64,000 nt of DNA from an uncultured Prosthecobacter sp. (GTDB lineage Bacteria > Verrucomicrobiota > Verrucomicrobiia > Verrucomicrobiales > Akkermansiaceae): assembly GCA_965650415.1 (NCBI GenBank), contig CBFGOP010000001.1:9731-73730 (forward strand), in the 5' to 3' direction. Shown piece by piece: positions 54,851 to 64,000 of this stretch; position 1 is the first letter of the stretch; the number at the start of each line of letters is the position of its first letter. A program made the translations under genes and the position numbers. A model generated the notes under the pieces. It was not told where the DNA came from, made no database searches, and was given only the letters and a program-made list of their open reading frames with translations.

Positions 54851-56079
54851 AATTTCAGATCATGGATACCGAACCGACTTTAGATACCCAGAAAACGCGG
54901 AAATACTCTCTCGCGCGGACGTACGATTTCCTCGCCGGGTTTCATCTGGCGACACTGTTGTTGTTAATCCTATTGGTCCTGACTTGGTTGGCGACTCTCG
55001 AACAGAGGGACCAAGGACTGCACTATACACTAAATAAATATTTCAGCTGGAAATCGCCATATATTATCCCGGCCATCAATGGCAAAATCGTTCCTGTCAT
55101 CCTGCCCGGAGGCTATTACGTCTGCGCGTTGCTGCTGGTAAACATGATCCTCGGCGGCGTGGTGCGGATCCGCAAAACCCCGCGCCAAATCGGAAATTTG
55201 ATCTCTCACTTCGGAATCATCTTCATGCTCATCGCGGGTGGGGTCGCCCATCATTTCGAAATCCGTGGCAACATGGCGATTGGCGAAGGGGAGATGAGCG
55301 ATGTGGCGGAAGACTACACCGAATATGTGATCGAGGTGGCAGAGGTGATTGATGGCAAACGGGAAACCTTCCACGTGATCCGCGGAGAGTTTCTAACCGA
55401 TTTGAAAAATGGCAAAGCCCGCACCTTCGATTTCAACAACATTCCGTTCTCTCTCAAAGTTTCAGGATACGCCAAGAACGTCGTTCCGGTCAGCACAGGT
55501 GACAGGGCGCCTCAAAAAGGGGAACTTGTCACCGACGGTTTTTATCTGTTTGAAAAAGATCCGGAAAAAGAAGCCGAGCGCAACATCGCCGGTGCCTATG
55601 GTCAGATCATTTTCGATGACGGCCAAACCTCATCGCCGTTCATCATCACCGCCGCCAGCTTTCATCCTTTCACGGTCCGTGACGGAGAGCGTTTGTTCAC
55701 CGTGGACATGAGAAAACGCCTGTGGCCGATGCCGTTCGAGGTCAAGCTCGACAAATTCATTGCTGATTTCCATCCGGGAACCTCGCGCCCTGCCGAGTTC
55801 ATCAGCGATATCAGACGAATTGAAAACGGCCAGGAATCCCAGGTGCGCATCCAGATGAACGAACCGATGCGTTACGAAGGTCTGACGTTCTTCCAAGCCA
55901 GCTACGGCCCAGAAGGCGCCAAGCCAGGAGAAAGAATGTTCTCGGTTTTTGAAATCGTCAGAAACCCTGCGGACAAGTGGCCGGAATACAGCCTCTACAT
56001 TGTCGCCGTCGGGATGCTGGTCACGTTTTTAACCAAGCTGTTCGGACATCTCTCCGCAGCCGCACGCAAAAGAAATTAA
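54847..56079 (+). CDS. resB: System II cytochrome c biogenesis protein ResB/Ccs1-like
   Basis: From ATG 54847: N-terminal TM (FHLATLLLLILLVLTWLATLEQ), further TMs, a large soluble loop, a C-terminal TM and FQASYGPEG. It lies directly upstream of ccsA. The track start at 54556 is a spurious extension. Confidence 0.75.
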   Translation: MKFQIMDTEPTLDTQKTRKYSLARTYDFLAGFHLATLLLLILLVLTWLATLEQRDQGLHYTLNKYFSWKSPYIIPAINGKIVPVILPGGYYVCALLLVNMILGGVVRIRKTPRQIGNLISHFGIIFMLIAGGVAHHFEIRGNMAIGEGEMSDVAEDYTEYVIEVAEVIDGKRETFHVIRGEFLTDLKNGKARTFDFNNIPFSLKVSGYAKNVVPVSTGDRAPQKGELVTDGFYLFEKDPEKEAERNIAGAYGQIIFDDGQTSSPFIITAASFHPFTVRDGERLFTVDMRKRLWPMPFEVKLDKFIADFHPGTSRPAEFISDIRRIENGQESQVRIQMNEPMRYEGLTFFQASYGPEGAKPGERMFSVFEIVRNPADKWPEYSLYIVAVGMLVTFLTKLFGHLSAAARKRN

Positions 56080-56080
56080 C

Positions 56081-58105
56081 ATGGATAATCGATCAATATT
56101 TGGAAAATGGGTGGTTGCGATCCTCGCCATCGCTGGCGTGATTTTGGCCTTGGTGAACCTTTTCATCGACAACATGCCCAAGGGCGAGGTGCAGAAGGTG
56201 AAAGAGTATGTGCCGTGGGAAAAGGAAACCATCGAAATGGCCGAGTCCATCCCGGTTCAGGACGGAGGACGGATCAAGCCGTTCTCCACCTATGCGGGTT
56301 TCCGCATGCTTGCGCTGCATGGTGCGAGATCGATGAAAGTCGAGGGCAAGGGCGGTGAGGTTTTCAAACTCAAGCCTACTGCGTGGTTGATGGATACGGT
56401 TTACCGTCCCTGGTTCGCGGTGCAGATGCCAACCTTCCGTATCGACAACTCAAAAGTGTTAGAAGCGATCGGAGTGAAGCAAAAAGGGCGTAGAGACCGC
56501 TACAGCTACAACGAGATCGCAACCGGGCGGGAGAAGCTCATTGAGCTCGCCAAATCCTATGAGGGGATCGAGAAAGAGAAACGCGATCCGGTTCATCAAC
56601 AGACGATCGATTTGGCATACAATCTCCGCAGTTATGAAGCCCTGCTGGGATACTTCGCCTTCGCTCGCACGGGTCTCACGCTGACGGGCACCGCGCCCGC
56701 AGGTGGCAAGGATCAAACGGTCAGTTTCAGCACGGTCATGTCCAGCGCACCGTCCCTGCGTTTCGAACTCTCCCGCATGATGAAACAGGAAGGCATCGAT
56801 GGGCGCCTGCAGGATCTGCTCCAGCAAATTCTGGATGGTGCCAACATGTCGAAATACGGCCTGTTCTTGCTTCCACCGCAGGACAAGGACAAAACGGAAT
56901 GGTTGAGTGCCGGCAACGCCATCATGAGCGTGATGAGCGAGGATAACTCCGATCCGTCCACCACCATTTCCGACATAGCCCTGATGGAGGGAGTCGTGAT
57001 GGCGTCATTCGGAAAAGAAAGCGATTTCCGGGAATCACTCAAAACCTTCAAGGACAAGATCAACGATAGAGCCGAGGCTCGCGGGGAGGGCAAGCTGATC
57101 GGGTTGGAGGTGAATTATTTCAAACGCGATTTCTTTTTGAACGCTCTGGTGTTCTTCCTGATCGGTTCGGTCCTGACTCTCGCGATGTGGGGCCTGGGCA
57201 GCACAAGCCTTTCCAAGTGGATTAATTGGACGATCGGAGCCTCGACAACGGTTGGCGTCTTCCTGTGTGTTGTTGCGATCACCATGCGTTGTGTGATCAT
57301 GCAACGCCCGCCTGTTGGAAATCTCTACGACACGGTGATTTTCATTGGTGCCACCTCTGTGATTCTCGCGTTGGTCGTCGAGTGGATGACGCGGAAAAGA
57401 TTCGCTCTCGGTCTTTCTCCCATCATCGGTGCGGCACTGATCCTTCTCGCCAGACGCTACGAAATGGGGGATGCGGGTGATCACCTTGATCCTCTGGTTG
57501 CGGTTCTGGATTCCAACTACTGGCTCACCACACACGTGATCACGATCACTCTCGGCTACTCCGCCGGATTGCTCTCCGCGGTGTTGTCCTGTGCTTATGT
57601 GTTGATGCGCGGACTGAATCTTGATGGAGACGACAAGGATCTACGCCGATCACTGACCAAGGCCGTTTACGGTTGTATCTGTCTTACCGTTTTTCTCTCT
57701 CTCGTCGGAACCGTTTTGGGCGGTGTCTGGGCAAATGATTCATGGGGTCGATTCTGGGGCTGGGATCCGAAAGAAAACGGAGCTCTCATGATCGTTCTCT
57801 GGACTCTCGCGATTCTTCACGCACGTCTCGGCGGTATCATCAAGGATTGGGGACTTCACCTGTGCTCCATTTTCACCGCCTGTATTGTGGCTTTCTCATG
57901 GTGGCATGTGAATTTCTTTGGAGTTGGCTTGCATAACTACGGTTTCACCGCAGGGAAGTTCACCATTTTCATATTCTACGGTGTGATGATGTTTTTTATC
58001 CTCTGCGGAATCATGATGATGTGGTTGGAGAGGGAGTTTTCGTCACAGAAAAACCGCCAAGCCAACCTGAACGGACTTGTCCCCGAAGCTCAAAAGAGTC
58101 ACTGA
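56081..58105 (+). CDS. ccsA: Cytochrome c-type biogenesis protein CcsA/ResC with long N-terminal extension
   Basis: Trp-rich heme-handling motif WGRFWGWDPKENGALMIVLW, with multiple TM helices in the C-terminal half. Confidence 0.88.
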   Translation: MDNRSIFGKWVVAILAIAGVILALVNLFIDNMPKGEVQKVKEYVPWEKETIEMAESIPVQDGGRIKPFSTYAGFRMLALHGARSMKVEGKGGEVFKLKPTAWLMDTVYRPWFAVQMPTFRIDNSKVLEAIGVKQKGRRDRYSYNEIATGREKLIELAKSYEGIEKEKRDPVHQQTIDLAYNLRSYEALLGYFAFARTGLTLTGTAPAGGKDQTVSFSTVMSSAPSLRFELSRMMKQEGIDGRLQDLLQQILDGANMSKYGLFLLPPQDKDKTEWLSAGNAIMSVMSEDNSDPSTTISDIALMEGVVMASFGKESDFRESLKTFKDKINDRAEARGEGKLIGLEVNYFKRDFFLNALVFFLIGSVLTLAMWGLGSTSLSKWINWTIGASTTVGVFLCVVAITMRCVIMQRPPVGNLYDTVIFIGATSVILALVVEWMTRKRFALGLSPIIGAALILLARRYEMGDAGDHLDPLVAVLDSNYWLTTHVITITLGYSAGLLSAVLSCAYVLMRGLNLDGDDKDLRRSLTKAVYGCICLTVFLSLVGTVLGGVWANDSWGRFWGWDPKENGALMIVLWTLAILHARLGGIIKDWGLHLCSIFTACIVAFSWWHVNFFGVGLHNYGFTAGKFTIFIFYGVMMFFILCGIMMMWLEREFSSQKNRQANLNGLVPEAQKSH

Positions 58106-58117
58106 AGGAGGACAAAA

Positions 58118-58199
58118 TACCGGGGACAGGACTCGAACCTGCACAGATGAATCCACCTGATCCTAAGTCAGGCGCGTCTACCAATTCCGCCACCCCGGC
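58118..58199 (-). tRNA. tRNA-Leu (anticodon UAG)
   Basis: The reverse complement GCCGGGGTGGCGGAATTGGTAGACGCGCCTGACTTAGGATCAGG...GGTTCGAGTCCTGTCCCCGGTA folds as a cloverleaf. The anticodon loop is CTTAGGA, the variable arm is long, and no CCA is encoded. Confidence 0.9.
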
Positions 58200-58250
58200 A
58201 ACGCGGTTAAGCTGGAGGATTTTTTCAGAGGCTGCAAGTGTGGATATTCT

Positions 58251-59435
58251 CTAAAGCAGAGCCAATCGATGCAGCACCTGCGGAGTCGTCTGGATCGATT
58301 TTTCAAATTCGATCACATGGAAACTCGCTCCGAGATGAGCGGGATGGGTGAGAGTGCGTAATTGCGCGATGATTTTGGGGTCGTCCATGCCGCCCTGTTG
58401 AATCATCGCTGCGGCGAGGTGTGTGAGGTAGCTGCCTTGTGAGGAAAAATGAGCGGGATGCCAACCGAGCTTCACAGCCACCCGGGCGAGATCGGTGAAA
58501 TCGACATGGGCGGTGATGTCTTTTTGTCCGGGGTTGTCGAGCGGATCCTCTGCTGCCTGATGTTTGGAGAAGGTGCGTAGGGTCCCGGTGGTTCGGTAGA
58601 CATCATAGTATTCGGGTGCGGCGAAACCGTAGTCGATGAACAAGAGCAGGCCGTCGCTGATGGCTTTGGAAACTTCGTTCAGGAATTTTTGGTAATTGGT
58701 GCGAATTTCCGTCTGATATCCTTCGGGCAAATCGCCCGGGATGAACCTCAGTTTTTTATCCAAATCCGATTCTGCCGCGATGGGTTGCGCGATCCATTCG
58801 AAGCCCTCCGCGACGTGAAGTTCCCTCCATTCGCCTTCGCAACGCCGGACCAAATGGAACGGCAGGGCATCGAGGATTTCATTTCCGAAAACAATCCCCG
58901 GCAGAACTGGCAGCGAATCGATTTCCGAGACCAGATGAAGCTTCGCAGCGAGAGGCGCGAGGCGGTTTTGCTGGGCCTCTCGCAAGCGCGGGAGCGGTTC
59001 GAGGATGGCGTATTCAAGTGCCTGCCATGCGGCTGGAGAAAGTTGTGCCATGGTGGCGAGGATATCTGCGGCGAGTTTTCCGTCATGCGCACCGATTTCC
59101 AGAATTCTCCAGGAGTCGGGTTTGCCATGATTTTCCCACCAGTTCAGGAACCGACGGGCCAGCAGTTGCCCAAACAAGGGCCCGACGCTGACACTGGTAA
59201 AGAAATCACCCTCGCGCCCGACCTGATGGGTGTTCGACGCATAATATCCGTATTCCGGATCATAGAGCGCGACCCCGAGGAAATCGGGGAAGGATAGGGG
59301 GCCGTTGCTGAGGATGAGGGCGGTAACTTTTTCCCTGATGCTGAGGCAGGAAGAGGTTGCGGCCACGTCCGGATTCGGGTTATTCAATGAACACGCGTTG
59401 GTAAATCGATGCGTGTTCGGTAGGGTTTCAGACAT
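58251..59435 (-). CDS. Class I SAM-dependent methyltransferase, MidA/NDUFAF7-like (DUF185)
   Basis: FPDFLGVALYDPEYGYY, GDFFTSV, ILEIGAHDGKLA and GNEILDALP are DUF185-type motifs from memory. The preferred start is ATG at 59435. Confidence 0.7.
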   Translation of the reverse strand: MSETLPNTHRFTNACSLNNPNPDVAATSSCLSIREKVTALILSNGPLSFPDFLGVALYDPEYGYYASNTHQVGREGDFFTSVSVGPLFGQLLARRFLNWWENHGKPDSWRILEIGAHDGKLAADILATMAQLSPAAWQALEYAILEPLPRLREAQQNRLAPLAAKLHLVSEIDSLPVLPGIVFGNEILDALPFHLVRRCEGEWRELHVAEGFEWIAQPIAAESDLDKKLRFIPGDLPEGYQTEIRTNYQKFLNEVSKAISDGLLLFIDYGFAAPEYYDVYRTTGTLRTFSKHQAAEDPLDNPGQKDITAHVDFTDLARVAVKLGWHPAHFSSQGSYLTHLAAAMIQQGGMDDPKIIAQLRTLTHPAHLGASFHVIEFEKSIQTTPQVLHRLALL

Positions 59436-61869
59436 GGCGAAAAAGCAGGAAAGCACTGAGAGAAAGAGCGGCAAGCGTCGTTTCTACAAGCGCAAAACAT
59501 TCTGGTTTGTGCTGTTCATGTTTTTTTCCAGCGCGGCCCTCGTTGCCTATCTTTATGCGGAGCAATACACACGTCCTTACCGTCTGCGGGCGGAGACCTA
59601 TGATTTGGAAAAGATCAACGACTTGGAGGTTCCGAGTATTATTCTGGACAGGAATGGAACGGAGATCGGTCGGATCTTTGTGCAAAACCGCAGTATCATG
59701 CCTATCGAGGATGTTCCAGATCTGTTCATCAATGCCCTGAAAGCTGGAGAGGATTCGCGTTTCCATACCCACCACGGAATCGACTACATCGGTATCTTGC
59801 GCGCCCTGAAATTGAACTACCAGGCAGGTACCCGCACCCAAGGAGCGAGCACGATCACCCAGCAATTGGCGAGAAACGCCTACCCACTGAAGCAGGAGGC
59901 CGTGGCTAGAGGGGAATCGGGGATTCAACGAAAATTGGTGGAAGCCTTCCTCGCGATGCGGATTGAGAAGCGCTATTCCAAGGAAGAAATTTTGGATTTT
60001 TATCTGAATCGGATCTACTTCGGCAGCGGGTTCTACGGACTTAGATCGGCCTCTCTCGGATACTTCGGGAAAGAGCCTAAAGACCTGAACTTGATAGAAT
60101 GTGCCACCATTGTTGGACTGATCAAAAATCCAACCAGCAATTCTCCACTGAACGACATCGAAGAGAGCCAGAAGAATCGTAACATGGTTCTCAAGCGGAT
60201 GCGTGATGAAAACATGATTTCTCGTGCTGATTACCACGAGGCCTTGATCGAGCCGGTCAAATTGAATCCCAAACCCCTGCAACGCGGCACCTCTCATCTT
60301 TACGAAAGGATTGCCGATGCGGTGGGTGCCGCTTTGGGACGCGACGCTCTCGCAGCTGGGGGGTTCACCATTCACACCACCATTCTCGCGGAAGCGCAAT
60401 TGGCTGCGGAGAAAACCCTCAAGGAATCTTTGGAAAAAGCAGAGAAACATCCAGGGTACACCGCACAAAAACGCAGTGAATATGACCGCAACAACCCGAA
60501 TGCGGTTCCGGAATTTTTACAAGGTGCTGCGTTCATGATGGATCACTACACCGGAGAAGTTCTGGTACATGTGGGTGGCAGGGATTATGCCCAAGTTCCC
60601 TACGACGTGATCGAAATGGGTCAGCGCCCGATGGGAACCGCGTTTTATCCTTTCCTCTATTCCGTCGCTTTGGCGGGTCGACACACACCCGCGAGCATTC
60701 TCGAGGATGAACCCATGGACAACCGTGCGGTCATGGTCAGCGGAAGGGAAGGGATTCTGGGCGAATGGGGGATGGAAGTCAGCTCTCCCGTTTACGACGG
60801 GAAAATCACTCTGCGCAAGGCATTCGAAAACTCGAAGATCGCGGCAACGGTTCGGTTGGGAAATGAAGTCGGTGTCCAAAACATCATCGATGCGGGAAAT
60901 ATTTTCGGATTTTCGATGCAGAACTCCGAGCCTCTTCCTCGGATCAATGTCGGCTGGGAATCCGCCTCTCTGAAACAAGCCGTGTCAGCCATCTCGACTT
61001 TTTCCCTGAGCGGGAAAAAGGGCCCGAACAAATACACCTATCTCTCTCGAATCGACAACTCCGACGGAATCGTGGTGTATCGCAAGCGGGCTGAAAACTA
61101 CACAGCGACAAAACTGCTGGATGAACGGGTTGCCTGGCAGGTTCATGACATGATGAGGGAGGGGATGAGTCGTGGCAGTGCAAAAGGCTTGAAAGAACAG
61201 CTCCCTGCGAACTTCCAAGGCGCGGCAAAGGGGGGCACCACCCATGATTTCTCCGATACGTGGTTTCTCGGATACAGCGGGCGCTTCAGTTGTGGTGTTT
61301 GGACAGGATTTCTACAGGGAAACAGCAAATCCATTTATCCCGGTGCCTTCAGCCGTGATTTGGCCATGCCCGTCTGGTCAGCTGTCATGAACAGCATTCC
61401 CGCTAGTCTCATGACCCGCACGATTGAACGACCTGCCGGTCTGATCGAAGTCCAGATCTGCAAAGTTTCAGGTCAACGTGTCACCGAGTCTTGCCAGGAA
61501 CTCCTGGAAGATCTCCAAACTGGAAAAGCCATCAACATCAGTACCGGGGTCACCGAATATTTCCGTCAGGGCACCGAGGGCGTCGCTTACTGCTCTGTGC
61601 ACTCCGGGATAGGTTCCGGTGACATTGATCCCAACAACGCCTTGGCGAACCTGCCTGCGATCAACACCATGCCGGTAAGACCGGTTCAGTCCGTACTGTT
61701 AGGAGTTGATCCCTACCACACAGACATCCCGAAAGAGATCGCCAGTCATTCCACCTCCGGCCTGAGCCAACAGCGGGCCACGAACGTGCTCGACAGTTTG
61801 GATCTCGGTAATTTTGAAGAAAGCATCGGCCTGGATAAACCCGGTAGATTGGAAATTCATCCGGATTAG
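59434..61869 (+). CDS. Class A penicillin-binding protein (PBP1A-type)
   Basis: From ATG 59434: a basic N-terminus and a TM, GT51 motifs EDSRFHTHHGIDYIG, GASTITQQLA and RKLVEAFLAMRIE, then a transpeptidase part (KGGTTHD). Confidence 0.88.
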   Translation: MAKKQESTERKSGKRRFYKRKTFWFVLFMFFSSAALVAYLYAEQYTRPYRLRAETYDLEKINDLEVPSIILDRNGTEIGRIFVQNRSIMPIEDVPDLFINALKAGEDSRFHTHHGIDYIGILRALKLNYQAGTRTQGASTITQQLARNAYPLKQEAVARGESGIQRKLVEAFLAMRIEKRYSKEEILDFYLNRIYFGSGFYGLRSASLGYFGKEPKDLNLIECATIVGLIKNPTSNSPLNDIEESQKNRNMVLKRMRDENMISRADYHEALIEPVKLNPKPLQRGTSHLYERIADAVGAALGRDALAAGGFTIHTTILAEAQLAAEKTLKESLEKAEKHPGYTAQKRSEYDRNNPNAVPEFLQGAAFMMDHYTGEVLVHVGGRDYAQVPYDVIEMGQRPMGTAFYPFLYSVALAGRHTPASILEDEPMDNRAVMVSGREGILGEWGMEVSSPVYDGKITLRKAFENSKIAATVRLGNEVGVQNIIDAGNIFGFSMQNSEPLPRINVGWESASLKQAVSAISTFSLSGKKGPNKYTYLSRIDNSDGIVVYRKRAENYTATKLLDERVAWQVHDMMREGMSRGSAKGLKEQLPANFQGAAKGGTTHDFSDTWFLGYSGRFSCGVWTGFLQGNSKSIYPGAFSRDLAMPVWSAVMNSIPASLMTRTIERPAGLIEVQICKVSGQRVTESCQELLEDLQTGKAINISTGVTEYFRQGTEGVAYCSVHSGIGSGDIDPNNALANLPAINTMPVRPVQSVLLGVDPYHTDIPKEIASHSTSGLSQQRATNVLDSLDLGNFEESIGLDKPGRLEIHPD

Positions 61870-61876
61870 CTCTCAC

Positions 61877-62596
61877 TCACTTCTGCTTCGTTTTCCCGGA
61901 CGGCTTAATTTGACCTGCTTCTCCGAGAGTAAAACGCACCACCAAACTGCGATCTAACAAACGGGCTCCTTCGGTGGAAACTTCCTGTTCGCGATAAATG
62001 ACCAGACCGTAGTTGCCTTTGTCGAATTTACCCATAGCGAAGTTTTGTTTCGCCATTCCAAGCAGCCCTTTCTCCTCATAACGCCATTCCTTGCCGGTCC
62101 ATGCGCCGAGGATGCTTTTTTCGTCGGCCTTGATATCATCGAGTCGCTCCAACGCGCCGCTGGGCGAACGGAAGACATCTTTTTCCGCATCATAACGCAG
62201 GGTTGAAATCACTCCCGCGCCCCCCGTGGCGGTCAACGTCCAGTTATTTCCAATCGTCTTGCGGAGAACGAGAATCACCTCTTCCTGGGGTTTGAATTCA
62301 CGTTTCGCCCAGAGAGCGATGTATTCGTCGTATTCCTCTTTGGTGAGACCGAGATTGGCATGGTAGGGAAGCGGAACACCGGGCTGGGCATTGGCGGAAA
62401 ATTCCTTGAACCATTCCGGATTTTTGCGAGCCGCGGCTTCAACCTTGCCGATGAATTTTTCGATTTCGGCAGGAGGAACCACCATGCCGATGCTTGCTTT
62501 GACCGGGACTTCTTCCTCAAACAATCCTCTGAAGATTTCGGGGACTTGCGCGGAGAGGGTGGCGGTCAGAAACAGCAATAGGGAAAAGACTTTCAT
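61877..62596 (-). CDS. Hypothetical secreted protein (239 aa)
   Basis: Signal peptide MKVFSLLLFLTATLSAQ. No recognised motifs. Confidence 0.6.
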   Translation of the reverse strand: MKVFSLLLFLTATLSAQVPEIFRGLFEEEVPVKASIGMVVPPAEIEKFIGKVEAAARKNPEWFKEFSANAQPGVPLPYHANLGLTKEEYDEYIALWAKREFKPQEEVILVLRKTIGNNWTLTATGGAGVISTLRYDAEKDVFRSPSGALERLDDIKADEKSILGAWTGKEWRYEEKGLLGMAKQNFAMGKFDKGNYGLVIYREQEVSTEGARLLDRSLVVRFTLGEAGQIKPSGKTKQK

Positions 62597-62708
62597 GTGA
62601 GGGCGGGAGGATGTGGGGAGAGCAAAAATAACTCAAGCGGGAATACGAGTGCGGCTTTGAAGGAAAATTTCAAATCCACGTGAAAAAGGGGTTGCCTAAT
62701 ACGGGATT

Positions 62709-62736
62709 TTGACACTAGCTTCGCCGCCCGTAGCAA
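62709..62736 (+). promoter_or_regulatory. Candidate promoter for tRNA-Val
   Basis: Perfect -35 TTGACA (62709-62714), a 16-nt spacer, then TAGCAA (62731-62736), about 12 nt before the tRNA 5' end. Confidence 0.3.
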
Positions 62737-62747
62737 CACGGAAGCAA

Positions 62748-62822
62748 GCGCGGTTAGCTCAGTGGTAGAGCACCTCCCTGACACGGAGGGGGTCACTGGT
62801 TCGAACCCAGTATCGCGCACCA
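62748..62822 (+). tRNA. tRNA-Val (anticodon GAC), CCA encoded
   Basis: GCGCGGTTAGCTCAGTGGTAGAGCACCTCCCTGACACGGAGGGGGTCACTGGTTCGAACCCAGTATCGCGCACCA. The cloverleaf was verified by hand and the anticodon loop is CTGACAC. Confidence 0.92.
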
Positions 62823-62968
62823 TTCTTCGCCATTCATAGCCTCCGGCGACGAATGGCTACGAATGGCAAGCCATTTTGAAAGCGAATCGAAGTGTAGAAT
62901 GCCCTTCGTTGCTATAGCGAAGCAGGGCTTGCTTAGACACAATTACCGCATGACTTCCGTGCCTATCC

Positions 62969-63826
62969 ATGAGTGCCTCAAACCCTGATACCCGCAAACT
63001 GGCTGCTCTGATCCGTTTGCTGGACGATGACACTCCAGAAGTTCGCACCGTGGTCGTTGAGAAACTGAGCGATGTCGGAGGGGATGTCAGTGAACTGCTT
63101 CCGGATTTGGCAGAGAGTCTCACCCTCAAGGAAATGCGCATCCTGGAGGAAATTCTCCATCCGGTTCGTCGGAAAAACCTGCGCGAGGAATGGTTATACC
63201 CGACCTTTGGTTCCGCAGCTCTAGAAGGCGATTGGGAATCGTTTGAGAGCCAGTTGCGTTTGTTATCCGATTTCCTCCATGACGGAATTTCCCTGCGCCA
63301 ACCGCTTTCCGATGCACTGGATCTGCTCGCTGAGGAGTTTCTGGCCGAGTATCCCATCGCGGCCACGGAAAACGATCTGCGTATATTTCTGTTCCAGGAG
63401 GGAAGGCTCCGTGGCAATCACCAACATTATTACGATCCCCGCAATGCCGACCTCGCTTGGTGTATCGCAAACGGCATCTCAAACCCCATCGGACTCGCGG
63501 TGATTTATTTGCTTATGGGACAGCGTCTTGGAATGGAAATCCAAGGTATTTCGTTTCCCGGACATTTCCTGTGCCGGATTTTTGAAGACGGAGAACCGAT
63601 GGTCATCGATTGTTTTGATTCGGGTAAAATCCATGCGCAAAGCGTGCTGACGGATCCGAACAACGATCTTACACCGGAGCAACGTCAGTATCTCGAACAG
63701 ACCGCGGATCTAGGCACGATTCTGATGCGCATCCTCAATAACCTGATCGACGCGTTCCGACGCGAAAACCGCACCGAAGACATGGAGCTGATCAAGGAAA
63801 TGCGGGATGCGATGATGGCGGACTAA
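62969..63826 (+). CDS. SirB1/YchA-like transglutaminase-fold + TPR protein (UPF0162-like)
   Basis: Y.DP.NADL..C...[34 protein letters not shown] matches the SirB1 N-terminal family pattern from memory. The N-terminus is HEAT-like. Confidence 0.6.
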   Translation: MSASNPDTRKLAALIRLLDDDTPEVRTVVVEKLSDVGGDVSELLPDLAESLTLKEMRILEEILHPVRRKNLREEWLYPTFGSAALEGDWESFESQLRLLSDFLHDGISLRQPLSDALDLLAEEFLAEYPIAATENDLRIFLFQEGRLRGNHQHYYDPRNADLAWCIANGISNPIGLAVIYLLMGQRLGMEIQGISFPGHFLCRIFEDGEPMVIDCFDSGKIHAQSVLTDPNNDLTPEQRQYLEQTADLGTILMRILNNLIDAFRRENRTEDMELIKEMRDAMMAD

Positions 63827-64000
63827 AGCACCTGCGTCTTTGCAATCGCGTCGAGCATGCCGTTGACAAACCGCTTGGAATCCGTGGTCCCGAAACGCTT
63901 GGCAATTTCGATCGCTTCGTTGATCACCACTTTGTGGGGAGTTTCGGTTTTCAACAATTCGTAAACCCCAAGACGCAACACCGCACGGTCCACCGGATCG
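63823..64000 (-). CDS. nusB: Transcription antitermination factor NusB, 3' part only (5' end beyond right edge)
   Basis: Hand translation gives [58 protein letters not shown]. Its stop codon (63823-63825) overlaps the stop of the convergent gene. Confidence 0.85.
   Translation of the reverse strand, partial: DPVDRAVLRLGVYELLKTETPHKVVINEAIEIAKRFGTTDSKRFVNGMLDAIAKTQVL

Noticed and set aside
58011-58193. 60-aa ORF MAELVDAPDLGSGG... (and 62593..62823, MVRDTGFEPVTPS...)
   Set aside because: These are typical spurious translations across the tRNA-Leu and tRNA-Val genes.
59428-60468. 346-aa minus-strand ORF
   Set aside because: It is antisense to the second PBP1A gene, whose GT51 motifs are unambiguous.
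62823-62968. Possible integration scar or genomic island downstream of tRNA-Val
   Set aside because: There is no integrase, no repeat of the tRNA 3' end, and the flanking genes are ordinary. The GCCATTC/GAATGGC repeats there are more simply a tRNA terminator hairpin.
1-64000. Scan for CRISPR arrays, transposases, integrases, phage genes, toxin-antitoxin pairs and known defence-system genes
   Set aside because: Nothing of this kind was recognisable in any ORF or in the intergenic repeats. The window reads as core chromosome with lineage-specific envelope genes.

Overview
Gene-dense chromosomal window, about 60 genes on both strands with very short intergenic gaps. I found no rRNA, CRISPR array, transposase, integrase or prophage signature. 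Gene content suggests a diderm bacterium of the PVC/Verrucomicrobiota type, but this is an inference with no database search behind it. The pointers are a Bat/MoxR aerotolerance-type operon, BatA_N-type VWA membrane proteins, a TPR-secretin and System II cytochrome c biogenesis.

Left to right:
- A class A PBP truncated at the left edge and missed by the ORF track.
- An active plus inactive trypsin/PDZ protease pair.
- Class I fumarase, trxA, a DEDDy exonuclease, proBA, a membrane transporter, a HAD hydrolase and tsaD.
- An 8 kb moxR-DUF58-DUF4381-batA-batB-batD(fused) operon that continues into an orphan isochorismate-synthase-like gene, two unknowns and yjbQ.
- pyrE and ilvE.
- An mcsA-mcsB-clpC module followed by SH3, glutaredoxin-like, rhodanese and triple-FKBP genes.
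- A PLP enzyme, then nrnA-truB-ribF.
- An orphan TPR-secretin with an unknown membrane partner.
- A PAS-PP2C phosphatase, an SLC13/TrkA-C transporter and a large double-VWA membrane protein.
- A LacI-controlled sugar-type cluster.
- A DUF3127-like OB-fold protein that ends in the canonical SSB tip DFDDDIPF.
- psd, then lipoprotein-resB-ccsA, tRNA-Leu, a MidA-like methyltransferase and a second class A PBP.
- tRNA-Val, a SirB1-like protein and a truncated nusB.

The most interesting candidates are the orphan secretin pair, the SSB-tipped DUF3127 protein, the McsAB-ClpC module with a coupled SH3 protein, and the live/dead protease pair. All family calls come from motifs read in the translations and recalled family signatures. 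No searches were run.
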